A stretch of 64,000 nucleotides of DNA. Origin: an uncultured Gammaproteobacteria bacterium. Lineage in GTDB: Bacteria > Pseudomonadota > Gammaproteobacteria > JAURND01. The stretch lies in assembly GCA_963777715.1 (NCBI GenBank), contig CAVZRN010000001.1, positions 27,039-91,038 of the forward strand. Direction: 5' to 3'. The position numbers and the translations under genes were made by a program. The notes under the pieces were generated by a model that ran no database searches, was not told the DNA's origin, and worked only from the letters and a program-made list of their open reading frames with translations. Position 1 is the first letter of the stretch. Every line of letters begins with the position of its first letter. Of this stretch, positions 53,757 to 63,020 are shown piece after piece.

Positions 53757-54500
53757 ATGAAAACATTACCTACTCAACCAATATCATTATTCCAACTGAT
53801 TAAAACCAGCATTATCGCTTATTTCAAAATACTCCCGCAAATTATTGGGTTAGTAGTGCTTTCCTCACTAGGACACTTCGTCATTCCTCCACTATATTTA
53901 CAAGATCCTGCCTTTGCTGCTATAGCATTTGTAGGGTTTGTATTGCTGACCTGGTTTTTATATACCGCCATTATCTGCCGCGCGAGAATCTGCCTACTTG
54001 GTGGTCATATCGATTTTACCCATGCCTTTCGCTTAGCAAAACAGCGCTATCTGTCGGTATTGGGCAGCAACGTCATTTTTTTCGCCATCGGCGCACTGCT
54101 TATATTGATCCAATTCGCCTTATCCCTGCTGCTACACCCAAATCTCTACTTTGTATTAAGCGCTATTATCAATATTGTCATCTTCGTCTTTTTATACTTC
54201 GCCATTCCCGAAATCGCTCTGGAGCACTCGCCTATTTTAAAATCCTTCAAAAAAAGTGTGCGCCTGGTGCGGCATCACTGGTGGCGAACATTTATTATAC
54301 TCGCCTTAGTTGGCGCTGCCATCCTTGGCTGCGAAGCATTGGGAATTTTATTTACTGGAAAGAGCCGTATGTTCTTGTTCACTGGCTATCACTTTTTATT
54401 GCAAGTAGTGTTCTACCCATTAATTATTGCAGTGACTATCCTGTTGTTAAACGATTTAGAATTACGTAATCCAAAATATAGCCGTCATCCCGGAACTTAG
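53757..54500 (+). CDS. hypothetical integral membrane protein
   Basis: About 6 hydrophobic segments, good RBS (TAAGGA); the pattern SFKKSVRLVRHHWWRTF is common in small membrane proteins of unknown function. Confidence 0.7.
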   Translation: MKTLPTQPISLFQLIKTSIIAYFKILPQIIGLVVLSSLGHFVIPPLYLQDPAFAAIAFVGFVLLTWFLYTAIICRARICLLGGHIDFTHAFRLAKQRYLSVLGSNVIFFAIGALLILIQFALSLLLHPNLYFVLSAIINIVIFVFLYFAIPEIALEHSPILKSFKKSVRLVRHHWWRTFIILALVGAAILGCEALGILFTGKSRMFLFTGYHFLLQVVFYPLIIAVTILLLNDLELRNPKYSRHPGT

Positions 54501-54640
54501 TGCTGTTTAACGAGCTTGCGAGAGCTTAAATGACCCTGGATCCCGGATATTAAGTACTGCTAAGTTCGCAAGCTCACTAAGCAGTACTAAATTCCGGGAC
54601 GACTACGTCGCTTAGTATCCGGGACCTGGTTGGGATGGCA
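54481..54640. repeat. family E palindromic element (GTCATCCCGG...TCCGGGACGAC)
   Basis: CGTCATCCCGG, GATCCCGGAT, AGTACTGCT/AGCAGTACT hairpin, TCCGGGACGAC; overlaps the last codons of the upstream ORF. Confidence 0.7.
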
Positions 54641-54696
54641 TTTACTGTTAGAAAACTATGCACCCCAAAGTCACAATATAGGATAAACAAACAGTC

Positions 54697-54957
54697 ATGA
54701 AGAAAGGATTATCTCTATCACTAAAAATAATATTAGTTTATTGGTTGATCTTATTTTTAAGCGGCAAGGCGGTATTTGTCTACCGCAGCGGACCACAGAT
54801 CTTACCCGGCAATGAGCACGGCATCCTTACATGCACTTATATGGCATGGTCAGGGCTGATGTCACGAGATTATTGGTACTCTGCTGATGGCAGCACCGGT
54901 ATGCGAGTGTGCCCTAACATGCAGGATGTGGATAACTTAAAGGTAGGTACTACGTAG
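54697..54957 (+). CDS. small hypothetical exported/membrane protein
   Basis: 86 aa, N-terminal hydrophobic helix, two Cys; its stop is supplied by a GTAG REP (54954-54977). Confidence 0.5.
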   Translation: MKKGLSLSLKIILVYWLILFLSGKAVFVYRSGPQILPGNEHGILTCTYMAWSGLMSRDYWYSADGSTGMRVCPNMQDVDNLKVGTT

Positions 54958-54987
54958 GCGTAGGCCCCTGTGCCTACAACTGTTATA

Positions 54988-55683
54988 TTAAGTTCCCGCC
55001 AGATACAATTCCTTAATCCGTGGATCACCACGCAAGACTGCCGCATCCCCCTCCAAACCAAGCTTGCCATTTTCCAATACATAGGCACGTGTCGCAATCG
55101 TCAATGCTAAATGTACATTCTGCTCAACCAACAAAATGGCCACACCCTCAGCATGAATTTTTTTTAACGTCAGAAACACCTGCTCCATCAGCTTTGGCGC
55201 AAGCCCCATCGAAGGCTCATCTAATAATAACAATTTTGGCTTGCGCAATAACGCGCGTGCAATCGCCAACATCTGCTGCTCACCACCCGATAATGTACCG
55301 GCCATTTGCTTACTACGTTGTTTTAATTGTGGAAATAAATCATATGCGGCGGCGTCATCACCATCACCCGCTTGCATACCCCACATCGCTAAACGCAAAT
55401 TTTCTGCTACAGTCAAACTACTAAAAATACCGCGACCTTCTGGAACATGCGCAATACCTGACACAATACGCCGATACGGGGCAACATGCGCCAAATCCTG
55501 ATCGTTATAGGTAATATTGCCTTGATACGGCAGCAATCCTGAAATAGCACGCAAGGTTGATGTCTTACCCGCCCCATTACTGCCCAATAATGTCACAATT
55601 TCATTATGCGCCACTTGCAGAGAAATGCCGTGCAAGGCCGGAATGCCATCATAATTTACGCGTAGATCGGTAATCGTTAACAT
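54988..55683 (-). CDS. livF: branched-chain amino acid ABC transporter ATP-binding protein
   Basis: GSNGAGKTS, HVPEGRGIF, LSGGEQQMLAIAR, LLLDEPSMGLAP. Confidence 0.92.
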   Translation of the reverse strand: MLTITDLRVNYDGIPALHGISLQVAHNEIVTLLGSNGAGKTSTLRAISGLLPYQGNITYNDQDLAHVAPYRRIVSGIAHVPEGRGIFSSLTVAENLRLAMWGMQAGDGDDAAAYDLFPQLKQRSKQMAGTLSGGEQQMLAIARALLRKPKLLLLDEPSMGLAPKLMEQVFLTLKKIHAEGVAILLVEQNVHLALTIATRAYVLENGKLGLEGDAAVLRGDPRIKELYLAGT

Positions 55684-55699
55684 GCTTATACCCATTGTA

Positions 55700-55857
55700 C
55701 CTTGAGATGCGAGATTTTAAGCCCCAATGAGTTAGTAGATTTGAACGTCCTGATTGAAAAAAAGCGCAGGAATACTAGACGTCTTTCGAGCTTTTTTGAA
55801 TGAAGAACGTTCATAGATGCTGACTCAGTGGGAGCTTAAAAATCGTATCTTGAGGTA
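55700..55857. repeat. family D palindromic element overlapping the livG 3' end
   Basis: CTTGAGATGCGAGATTTTAAGCCCCAATGAGTTAG...GAACGTCC versus the reverse of GAACGTTC...CTGACTCAGTGGGAGCTTAAAAATCGTATCTTGA. Confidence 0.78.
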
Positions 55858-56617
55858 TGATGGGTATATTACCCAAATAAGATTCAATCACCATCGCATT
55901 TTCACGAATCGCCTGCGGCTCCCCCATCGCAATGGTCTTACCAAAATTTAATACCAGCATACGCTGACACAATCCCATCACAAATGGCATCTGATGATCA
56001 ATCAACAAAATCGCTAGATTTCTTTCCTGTTGAATCTCGCGGATTAATTGCGCCATCGCATGCGCTTCGCTGGGATTCATCCCACAAGCGGGTTCATCTA
56101 GTAACAATACTTTTGGTCGTGTCGCCAATGCGCGCGCAACTTCCAAACGCCGTTGTAAACCATAGGGCAACTCGCGCGCACGCTGATCAGCGTATTGCAC
56201 TAAATTCAAGCGTTGTAATAATTGATAGGCTTCATCGATAACTAGTTGCTCTGCCTGCCGAAATGATACGCCACGCAACATGGCGCTCATCACACCATAA
56301 CGACCGCTAATAGCAATCCTGACATTATCTAGCACTGATAATGCTTTAAATAGTCGAATGTTTTGGAAGGTGCGCGCAATACCACAACGCGTGATACGGA
56401 AAACAGATAACCCCGCCAGCGGCTGTTGGTTTAAATAAATTTTGCCTTGTTGCACGGGATAGATGCCGCATAGCACGTTAAATACCGTGGTTTTACCCGC
56501 ACCATTAGGTCCGATAATGCCAACGATCTCGCCAGCATTAATATCGAGATTAAAGTTTTCTATCGCATGCAAGCCACCGAATGCGTGGGATAAGTCTTGG
56601 ATAGCCAGTAAAGTCAT
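55811..56617 (-). CDS. livG: branched-chain amino acid ABC transporter ATP-binding protein
   Basis: GPNGAGKTT, ARTFQNIRLF, LPYGLQRRLE, LLLDEPACG, ESYLG. Confidence 0.92.
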   Translation of the reverse strand: MTLLAIQDLSHAFGGLHAIENFNLDINAGEIVGIIGPNGAGKTTVFNVLCGIYPVQQGKIYLNQQPLAGLSVFRITRCGIARTFQNIRLFKALSVLDNVRIAISGRYGVMSAMLRGVSFRQAEQLVIDEAYQLLQRLNLVQYADQRARELPYGLQRRLEVARALATRPKVLLLDEPACGMNPSEAHAMAQLIREIQQERNLAILLIDHQMPFVMGLCQRMLVLNFGKTIAMGEPQAIRENAMVIESYLGNIPIIPQDTIFKLPLSQHL

Positions 56618-56644
56618 AAAATTAATTTAAAAGATAAAATATTT

Positions 56645-56818
56645 AAAGATTTGACGCAGAGACGCAAAGACGCAATGAGAAAAACATAAAAGATAAAACA
56701 TAAAAAATTTAAAAAAATATTTTTATTTATTTTTTATATATTTTATTTGTATTTTTTGATCTTTTCTTTTTTTAATCTTTTCCCTGCGTCTTTGCGTCTC
56801 TGCGTCAAATTTTTTTTA
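56645..56818. repeat. family A element copy 5 (reverse orientation); contains the livM stop
   Basis: AAGATTTGACGCAGAGACGCAAAGACGCAATGAG ... CCCTGCGTCTTTGCGTCTCTGCGTCAAATT. Confidence 0.9.
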
Positions 56819-57728
56819 TTTCAGGGCGGAAAACCGACCATTCACGCAATCCCATAATTCCCGAGGGTCGAAAAATAATCAGCAAAATCAACAGCACCGG
56901 CATGATAATCATGCGCCACTCGGCAAATGGTCGCAGCACCTCTAATAAAATAGTGTACACTGAGCCACCTAACAGTGAGCCGGCCAACGAACCTGCGCCC
57001 CCCAAATAAACCATCACTAACATATCAGTGGATTTGGCTAGATCAAACATGCCAGGATTAATGTATTGCAATAGATGCGCATACAACGCGCCTGCAATAC
57101 CAGTAAAAAACGCTGAAATACTAAATGCGAGAATTTTAGTGCTGCGCGTATTGACACCCATGAGTTTTGCCGCCATTTCGTCTTCACGAATCGCTAACAT
57201 ATTGCGACCAAAGCGCGAATATACTAAATTGCGCATTAATAACAAGGTCACCACTACCCAAAAAAATACCCAGGGTAGTGTGGTTAACCGACTGATGCCT
57301 GATAAACCACGTGCGCCACCCACAACATCTAAATTTTCCAATATCGATTTTACGATCATCAAGAACGCCAAGGTCAAGATCGCCAAATAATCACCGCGGG
57401 TTTTAAACGATAACACTGCAATAATTACACCCGCACACCCCGCTAATAAACCACCGCCAATTGTAGCCATAATAAAACTATTGTCAGGTAATAGACGCAT
57501 GCTCAAAAAAGCGGACACATAGGCGCCAATTGACATAAACCCGGCGTGACCGACAGAAAACTCACCCATGTAGCCATTCACCAAGTTAAGGCTTAATGTC
57601 AGAATGATATTAATGCCTATTGCCATAAGGATTTGCTGATAGTAATTATTCAGCCATTGAAATTGTGGGATTAGCCAACTAAACGCTCCCAATATGAGAA
57701 CAACAGCGATGGTAAAAGAAGTGCGCAT
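56805..57728 (-). CDS. livM: branched-chain amino acid ABC transporter permease
   Basis: SLNLVNGYMGEFSVGHAGF, RGDYLAILTL, SRFGR..AIREDE. Confidence 0.9.
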   Translation of the reverse strand: MRTSFTIAVVLILGAFSWLIPQFQWLNNYYQQILMAIGINIILTLSLNLVNGYMGEFSVGHAGFMSIGAYVSAFLSMRLLPDNSFIMATIGGGLLAGCAGVIIAVLSFKTRGDYLAILTLAFLMIVKSILENLDVVGGARGLSGISRLTTLPWVFFWVVVTLLLMRNLVYSRFGRNMLAIREDEMAAKLMGVNTRSTKILAFSISAFFTGIAGALYAHLLQYINPGMFDLAKSTDMLVMVYLGGAGSLAGSLLGGSVYTILLEVLRPFAEWRMIIMPVLLILLIIFRPSGIMGLREWSVFRPEIKKI

Positions 57729-57750
57729 AAATAACCCTTAAAAACAAAAA

Positions 57751-57899
57751 TATTTGACGCAGAGACGCAGAGAAAATATTAAAAACAAAAAAATAAAATA
57801 TTAAAAGAACAAAGAAAAGACTAAAGATTAAAAAAATAATTTTTTTATGTTTTATCTTTTGTGTTTTCCTCTGCGTCTCTGCGTCAAGTCTTTTAATCT
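57751..57899. repeat. family A element copy 6
   Basis: TATTTGACGCAGAGACGCAGAGAAAA ... TTTTCCTCTGCGTCTCTGCGTCAAGTC. Confidence 0.9.
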
Positions 57900-58775
57900 T
57901 TAAATTTTCTCCACGGCGGTTTGGCCCAGCAGCCCACTCGGGCGGAATAATAAAAATACCACTAATAAACTAAATGCCGCAAAATCGCGGTATGTCGATG
58001 GGAAAAATACCACCATATAAATTTCCACTGCACCTAGAATAAAGCCGCCTAACATAGCGCCACGAATATTGCCAATACCACCAATAACCGCCGAGACAAA
58101 CGCCTTCCAACCAATACTGATCCCCATATAGGGATCAATGACTGGATACGACTGTGCATATAACACACCCGCAGCGCCTGCTAATGCGCCACTAATTGCA
58201 AAGGTATACATAATGACATAATTCAGTGGTACGCCGATGAGTGTCAGGTCTTGGCTGTTGGTGGCAATTGCACGTTGCGCTAATCCCAATAAGGTATGCC
58301 TCGAACCCCAATCCAATAACAGCATGAGCACTAATGCGATGACAATAATCAACAATTGCAGGGATGATAATGTAACGCCGCCAAACTCCCAGCTTATATT
58401 TTGTACCAACATGGGTACAAATTGCGGATATGGGTTCTTCAGCAACACGACATGTTCTAATACTAACCCACATGCCAACGCAGTAATGAGTATCGAAACC
58501 TTGGGCGCCTTACGCAACGGTTTATAGGCTAACTGCTCAATGAGTACTGCAATCACTGCGCTACCCAGCATACCGATAGCTAAGGTCGGCCAGAAGCCCA
58601 GGTGCAAGCTAATGGCGCCAAATAGCCCGACAAACGCGCCTGCCATGAATACATCTCCATGCGCGAAGTTAAATAAGCGCAAGATGCCATACACTAGGCT
58701 ATAACCTAATGCGATTAGCGCATAGATGCTGCCTAGTTGGATGGCGTTGAGTGTTTGTTGGAGGATATACGTCAT
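57900..58775 (-). CDS. livH: branched-chain amino acid ABC transporter permease
   Basis: GSIYALIALGYSLVYG..NFAHG, AFVSAVIGGIGN..GAMLGG. Confidence 0.92.
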   Translation of the reverse strand: MTYILQQTLNAIQLGSIYALIALGYSLVYGILRLFNFAHGDVFMAGAFVGLFGAISLHLGFWPTLAIGMLGSAVIAVLIEQLAYKPLRKAPKVSILITALACGLVLEHVVLLKNPYPQFVPMLVQNISWEFGGVTLSSLQLLIIVIALVLMLLLDWGSRHTLLGLAQRAIATNSQDLTLIGVPLNYVIMYTFAISGALAGAAGVLYAQSYPVIDPYMGISIGWKAFVSAVIGGIGNIRGAMLGGFILGAVEIYMVVFFPSTYRDFAAFSLLVVFLLFRPSGLLGQTAVEKI

Positions 58776-59935
58776 GGCTTCGCGTTGGTGACCCAAACAA
58801 ACTGATTATCCTTCACTTGCATGATAACCGCACTCTTGCTGGGATCGCCGGAATTAGCGGGAAATTTAATCGTGCCGGTTACCCCCTCAAATGCCGGTAA
58901 CGTTGCAATACTATCGCGCACCGCCTGACGATCTAACTCACCTGCTGCAGCAATCGCCTTAAATAGAATCTGATACGCATCATACGTTAACGCTGCAACA
59001 TCGTCCGGTTTTACACCATAGATTTGCTGATATTTTTTCACGAAGTCATGTGTAGTCTTGGTACTGGCATCGGACGAATAATGATTGGCGAAATAGGCGC
59101 CTTCTACTGCACCGTTGGATAGTTTAATTAATTCTGGACTACTCCAGGCATCACTACCTAACAATGCCACATGTAGGCCCAAGCGCTTGGCTTGCTGTGC
59201 GATTAGCGGCACATCATTGTAGTATGCTGGCAAGAATAGCACATCTGGATTTGCTGCCTTAATCTTGGTCAATTGCGCCGAAAAATCTTTATCATTAGTA
59301 GTGTAAGTTTCAAACGCAACAATCTTCCCACCCAACTTTGTGAAATCTTCACGGAAAATAGCTGCTTGTGTGCTGGGAGCTTCTGAAGCCACATCATATA
59401 GCACTGCAGCAGTTTTATAATGCAAATTATCGCGTGCGAATCGTGCTAATACGGTTGACTCAAATGGATCAGTAAAGCAGGCACGAAATACATAATGCTT
59501 TGGTTGGCCAGTTTTGGCGTTTAATGTGGTTTTTGGATCAGTAGACCATGGCGTAATTAATAGCGTCTTCCCGCTCTCAGCAACTTCGGATGCAGGGATA
59601 GCGCCGGAACTGGAATTAGGACCCACAATCGCCAGTACATTATCTTGGTCAATCAGCTTGTGTGCTGCCGCCGCCGCTTGATCGCCCTTGGCGGCATTAT
59701 CTTCCACCGTCAATATTACCGGCATCTTCTTGCCATTAATGGCTATCCCACCTTGGTCATTTATTTCCTTCACCGCCATATCTGCCGCATTTTTACTGGA
59801 AGCGCCAACAGCCGGCATACTGCCAGTCAATTCTAAAATAGTGCCGATGCGAATCTCATCCGCATTTTTATGTGATTGATTACAGCCAGCCACTATTAAA
59901 CACGATGTCAATACAATGAGAATTTTTTTTAACAT
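58772..59935 (-). CDS. branched-chain amino acid ABC transporter substrate-binding lipoprotein (LivK/LivJ-like)
   Basis: Lipobox IVAGC, YVFRACFTD, DKDFSAQLTKIK..NPD, FEGVTG. Confidence 0.88.
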   Translation of the reverse strand: MLKKILIVLTSCLIVAGCNQSHKNADEIRIGTILELTGSMPAVGASSKNAADMAVKEINDQGGIAINGKKMPVILTVEDNAAKGDQAAAAAHKLIDQDNVLAIVGPNSSSGAIPASEVAESGKTLLITPWSTDPKTTLNAKTGQPKHYVFRACFTDPFESTVLARFARDNLHYKTAAVLYDVASEAPSTQAAIFREDFTKLGGKIVAFETYTTNDKDFSAQLTKIKAANPDVLFLPAYYNDVPLIAQQAKRLGLHVALLGSDAWSSPELIKLSNGAVEGAYFANHYSSDASTKTTHDFVKKYQQIYGVKPDDVAALTYDAYQILFKAIAAAGELDRQAVRDSIATLPAFEGVTGTIKFPANSGDPSKSAVIMQVKDNQFVWVTNAKP

Positions 59936-59984
59936 AGCTTTCCCTTTTTTTGTAAAGGCTTTGGTGAAATAGTCAAAGTGTATC

Positions 59985-61043
59985 TCACCTAACCAACTTA
60001 AACAATACCACATCAACCAATGCAAAAACTACCAACGGCACTGCGGCGGATAAAAACGGGGGGATTTGATATAATAAACTAAAGGGCCCAAGAAATTCAT
60101 TCAACGTATAAAATCCAAAACCAATAACCACACCAACCAAGATACGAAATCCCATAGTAGTCGTACGTAATGGACCAAAAATAAATGGCACTGCTAAACC
60201 AATCATCACCAATGCGACAAATGGCTGTAAAATACGTTTCCAAAAGGCAAACTCGTACGGCTTGGTATACAAACCACTCTTGCCCAAATAGTGAATGTAA
60301 CTATGTAATTCTAACAACGATGCTTGATCTGGATGAATACTCGCAATACCAACAAAATCTGGATCTAGCGCAATCGGCCACACTTGCTGGGCGATATGCG
60401 TTGTGGTAATGCCATCAGCGCTAATAATACTTTGAGTAATATCCGAAAATACCCACTTACCTTGCTGATAATCGCCAGTTTTTGCCATGCTGATGGAATA
60501 CAGTTGACGTTGATGAAATTGGTAACGCAAGATTGATTTCAATTTTCCATCCGGTGATGCTTGATCGATATGGACAAAATTTTCACCATCGCGTATCCAC
60601 AAGCCATCAGAGTCCTGCGCTGCTGCACTTCCCTGGGTCTGTGCCTTGTATCCTTGTGAAAAATGGTTTAACGATGGGCTGAATCCTTCTCCCACAATGG
60701 TAATCACCACTAACATGCCAAGCGTGGCGCGCAGCACCCAACCAGCAATTTCTAGCTTGGATACACCCGCTGCCTGCATCACAATCAATTCACTCTGCGC
60801 AGCTAATTTTCCCAAACCAATTAAACAACCCAACAATGCAGCGGCAGGAAATAGTGGATACATATCACCCGGTAGTGATGACAATACAACCATAAATGCC
60901 TGTTGAATACCATAACCATGATTATTAAGATCATCCAACTGACTGATAAATTTGATAAACATCTCGATACCGGCAATCACCAAGACTACTATGACAGTAG
61001 TCGCAATGACAGTATTACGTACGTGACGATATAAAATCTTCAT
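59985..61043 (-). CDS. lptG: LPS export ABC transporter permease LptG
   Basis: LGKLAAQSELIVMQAAGVS, GLWIRDG, GPLRTTTMGFR. Confidence 0.93.
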   Translation of the reverse strand: MKILYRHVRNTVIATTVIVVLVIAGIEMFIKFISQLDDLNNHGYGIQQAFMVVLSSLPGDMYPLFPAAALLGCLIGLGKLAAQSELIVMQAAGVSKLEIAGWVLRATLGMLVVITIVGEGFSPSLNHFSQGYKAQTQGSAAAQDSDGLWIRDGENFVHIDQASPDGKLKSILRYQFHQRQLYSISMAKTGDYQQGKWVFSDITQSIISADGITTTHIAQQVWPIALDPDFVGIASIHPDQASLLELHSYIHYLGKSGLYTKPYEFAFWKRILQPFVALVMIGLAVPFIFGPLRTTTMGFRILVGVVIGFGFYTLNEFLGPFSLLYQIPPFLSAAVPLVVFALVDVVLFKLVR

Positions 61044-62146
61044 AACTTTTTACTCCCAAACCGTCGCCACCCCACAAAGCGCCATAGTAATAGGCACGCG
61101 ATTAATAGCATTAACACATGCACCCACCAAATCCCAATACCAGAAGAGACTTGACCTTTGTGTAGCCATGCCCTACTAACGAACAATAAATCCACATACA
61201 GAATATATAATAAAAATGCCGGCACTAATTGTGCATAACGTCCCTGCCGCGCATCCACACGACTAAGTGAAACGGCTAATAACGCTAAAATCAGGGTGGA
61301 TAATGGTAATGCGATGCGCCATTGTAGTTCTGCCTGCAACTGATGATGGCCATGGCGTTGCTGCCATAGTTGTAGCGTTGGTAATGTTTCTACACGATTA
61401 TCCGCCGGAATCGCATCACGTTGAATGCGTACGCCATAGGTCTTATATTGAACTGTACTAAAATCCGATTCACCTGGCATTCCCATGTAACGATAACCAT
61501 CTTCCAATACCAGAAAACGATCACGTGTTAATGCATCCACTACTTGATGCCCTTCATCGGCAATCACGATATCCCAGGCTGAACCACCCGATTGCAAGGT
61601 TTTATCCGCACGCTGTGCAACAAATACATCTTGTAAATTCTTATGATCGCGCGATAACCCTTGTGCGTAAAACACTAATTTACCTGCTCGTAACGGCACG
61701 AACTGATCAGGAGAAATACGTTCCAACGGCGAAGAGGCAGCCGCATCGATTAAAATTTGTCGCTTATAGCTTTCCACCTCTGGTTGCAACCACATCGTCA
61801 ACACAGCTACCAACAAACAAACCACTGCGGAAAACATTAGCGTCATGCCAATGAGTTGCGCCTTACTTAGACCACATGACCACAATACAATCATTTCGCG
61901 ATCACTATACAAACGCCCATACGCCACTAATATACCAATATACAGTCCAAGCGGCAGCAACAACGGTAATAGTAATGGCATTTGCAACGAAACAATTTGC
62001 ATTACCGTACGCAATGGCATGACGCCAGCGGCAGCCTGAGTTAAATAATGTACAAACTGATTACTAATGAGAAGCAACAGTAATACTATCGTACTCGCAA
62101 GCAGCGTACCGTAAACTTCTTTGACCAAATAACGTAAAATAATCAC
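61040..62146 (-). CDS. lptF: LPS export ABC transporter permease LptF
   Basis: [32 protein letters not shown] start overlaps the ung stop. Confidence 0.93.
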   Translation of the reverse strand: MIILRYLVKEVYGTLLASTIVLLLLLISNQFVHYLTQAAAGVMPLRTVMQIVSLQMPLLLPLLLPLGLYIGILVAYGRLYSDREMIVLWSCGLSKAQLIGMTLMFSAVVCLLVAVLTMWLQPEVESYKRQILIDAAASSPLERISPDQFVPLRAGKLVFYAQGLSRDHKNLQDVFVAQRADKTLQSGGSAWDIVIADEGHQVVDALTRDRFLVLEDGYRYMGMPGESDFSTVQYKTYGVRIQRDAIPADNRVETLPTLQLWQQRHGHHQLQAELQWRIALPLSTLILALLAVSLSRVDARQGRYAQLVPAFLLYILYVDLLFVSRAWLHKGQVSSGIGIWWVHVLMLLIACLLLWRFVGWRRFGSKKL

Positions 62147-62814
62147 AGGCGCCAATCAATCTCCGGTTGCCCCATCTGTCGCAACAACTGATTTGTCTTA
62201 GAAAAATGTTTACAACCTAAAAAACCACGATGCGCCGATAACGGCGAAGGATGGGTTGCTTTTAATACATGGTGACGCGTAGTGTCGATAAACTGACCCT
62301 TACGCTGGGCAGGAGTGCCCCATAATAAAAATATCAAGCCTTGTTTTTCATTATTTAATAATCGAACGATTTTATCAGTAAATGTTTCCCACCCTATATT
62401 CGCATGTGATTGTGGTTTACCTGCTTCAACCGTTAATACCGAATTTAACAGCAATACCCCTTGTTTCGCCCAATGTTCTAAACAACCATGTGTAGGCATA
62501 GGAATACCCAGATCACTGTGCAACTCGCGAAAAATATTTTGTAGGGATGGCGGCGGGGCTACACCAGGCGCTACTGAAAAACATAGCCCATGTGCTTGAC
62601 CCTGACCATGATAAGGATCTTGCCCCAAAATAACCACACGCACCTGATCAAACGGTGTGTATTTTAATGCGTTGAATACATCAGCGGGCTTGGGATAAAT
62701 TTTCTTACCCAGCTCTCGTTCGGTTTTTAAAAAATTCAGCAGCGCTTGAAAATACGTTAATTGTCTCTCGCCTGCCAGCAACGACTGCCAAGTCTTTATA
62801 GTCTCTTCCTGCAT
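62143..62814 (-). CDS. ung: uracil-DNA glycosylase
   Basis: [30 protein letters not shown]. Confidence 0.97.
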   Translation of the reverse strand: MQEETIKTWQSLLAGERQLTYFQALLNFLKTERELGKKIYPKPADVFNALKYTPFDQVRVVILGQDPYHGQGQAHGLCFSVAPGVAPPPSLQNIFRELHSDLGIPMPTHGCLEHWAKQGVLLLNSVLTVEAGKPQSHANIGWETFTDKIVRLLNNEKQGLIFLLWGTPAQRKGQFIDTTRHHVLKATHPSPLSAHRGFLGCKHFSKTNQLLRQMGQPEIDWRL

Positions 62815-62842
62815 AATAAAGTCCCTCGTGAGTTAAAAAAAC

Positions 62843-63020
62843 AAAAGATTTGACGCAGAGACGCAAAGACGCAGAGAAAAGATTAAAAACTAAAAATAAA
62901 ATATTAAAAAACAAAGAAAAAACTAAAGATTAAAAAATAAAAAAATAATTTTTTTATCTTTTATGTTTTCCTCTGCGTCTTTGCGTCTTTGCGTCAAATC
63001 TTTTAATCTTTTTTCTTTTT
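62843..63020. repeat. family A element copy 7
   Basis: AAGATTTGACGCAGAGACGCAAAGACGCAGAGAAAAGATT ... CTCTGCGTCTTTGCGTCTTTGCGTCAAATCTT. Confidence 0.9.

Noticed and set aside
2856-63020. Family A as a CRISPR-like array
   Set aside because: Arms are inverted, copies are dispersed, cores are low-complexity, and no cas genes are present.
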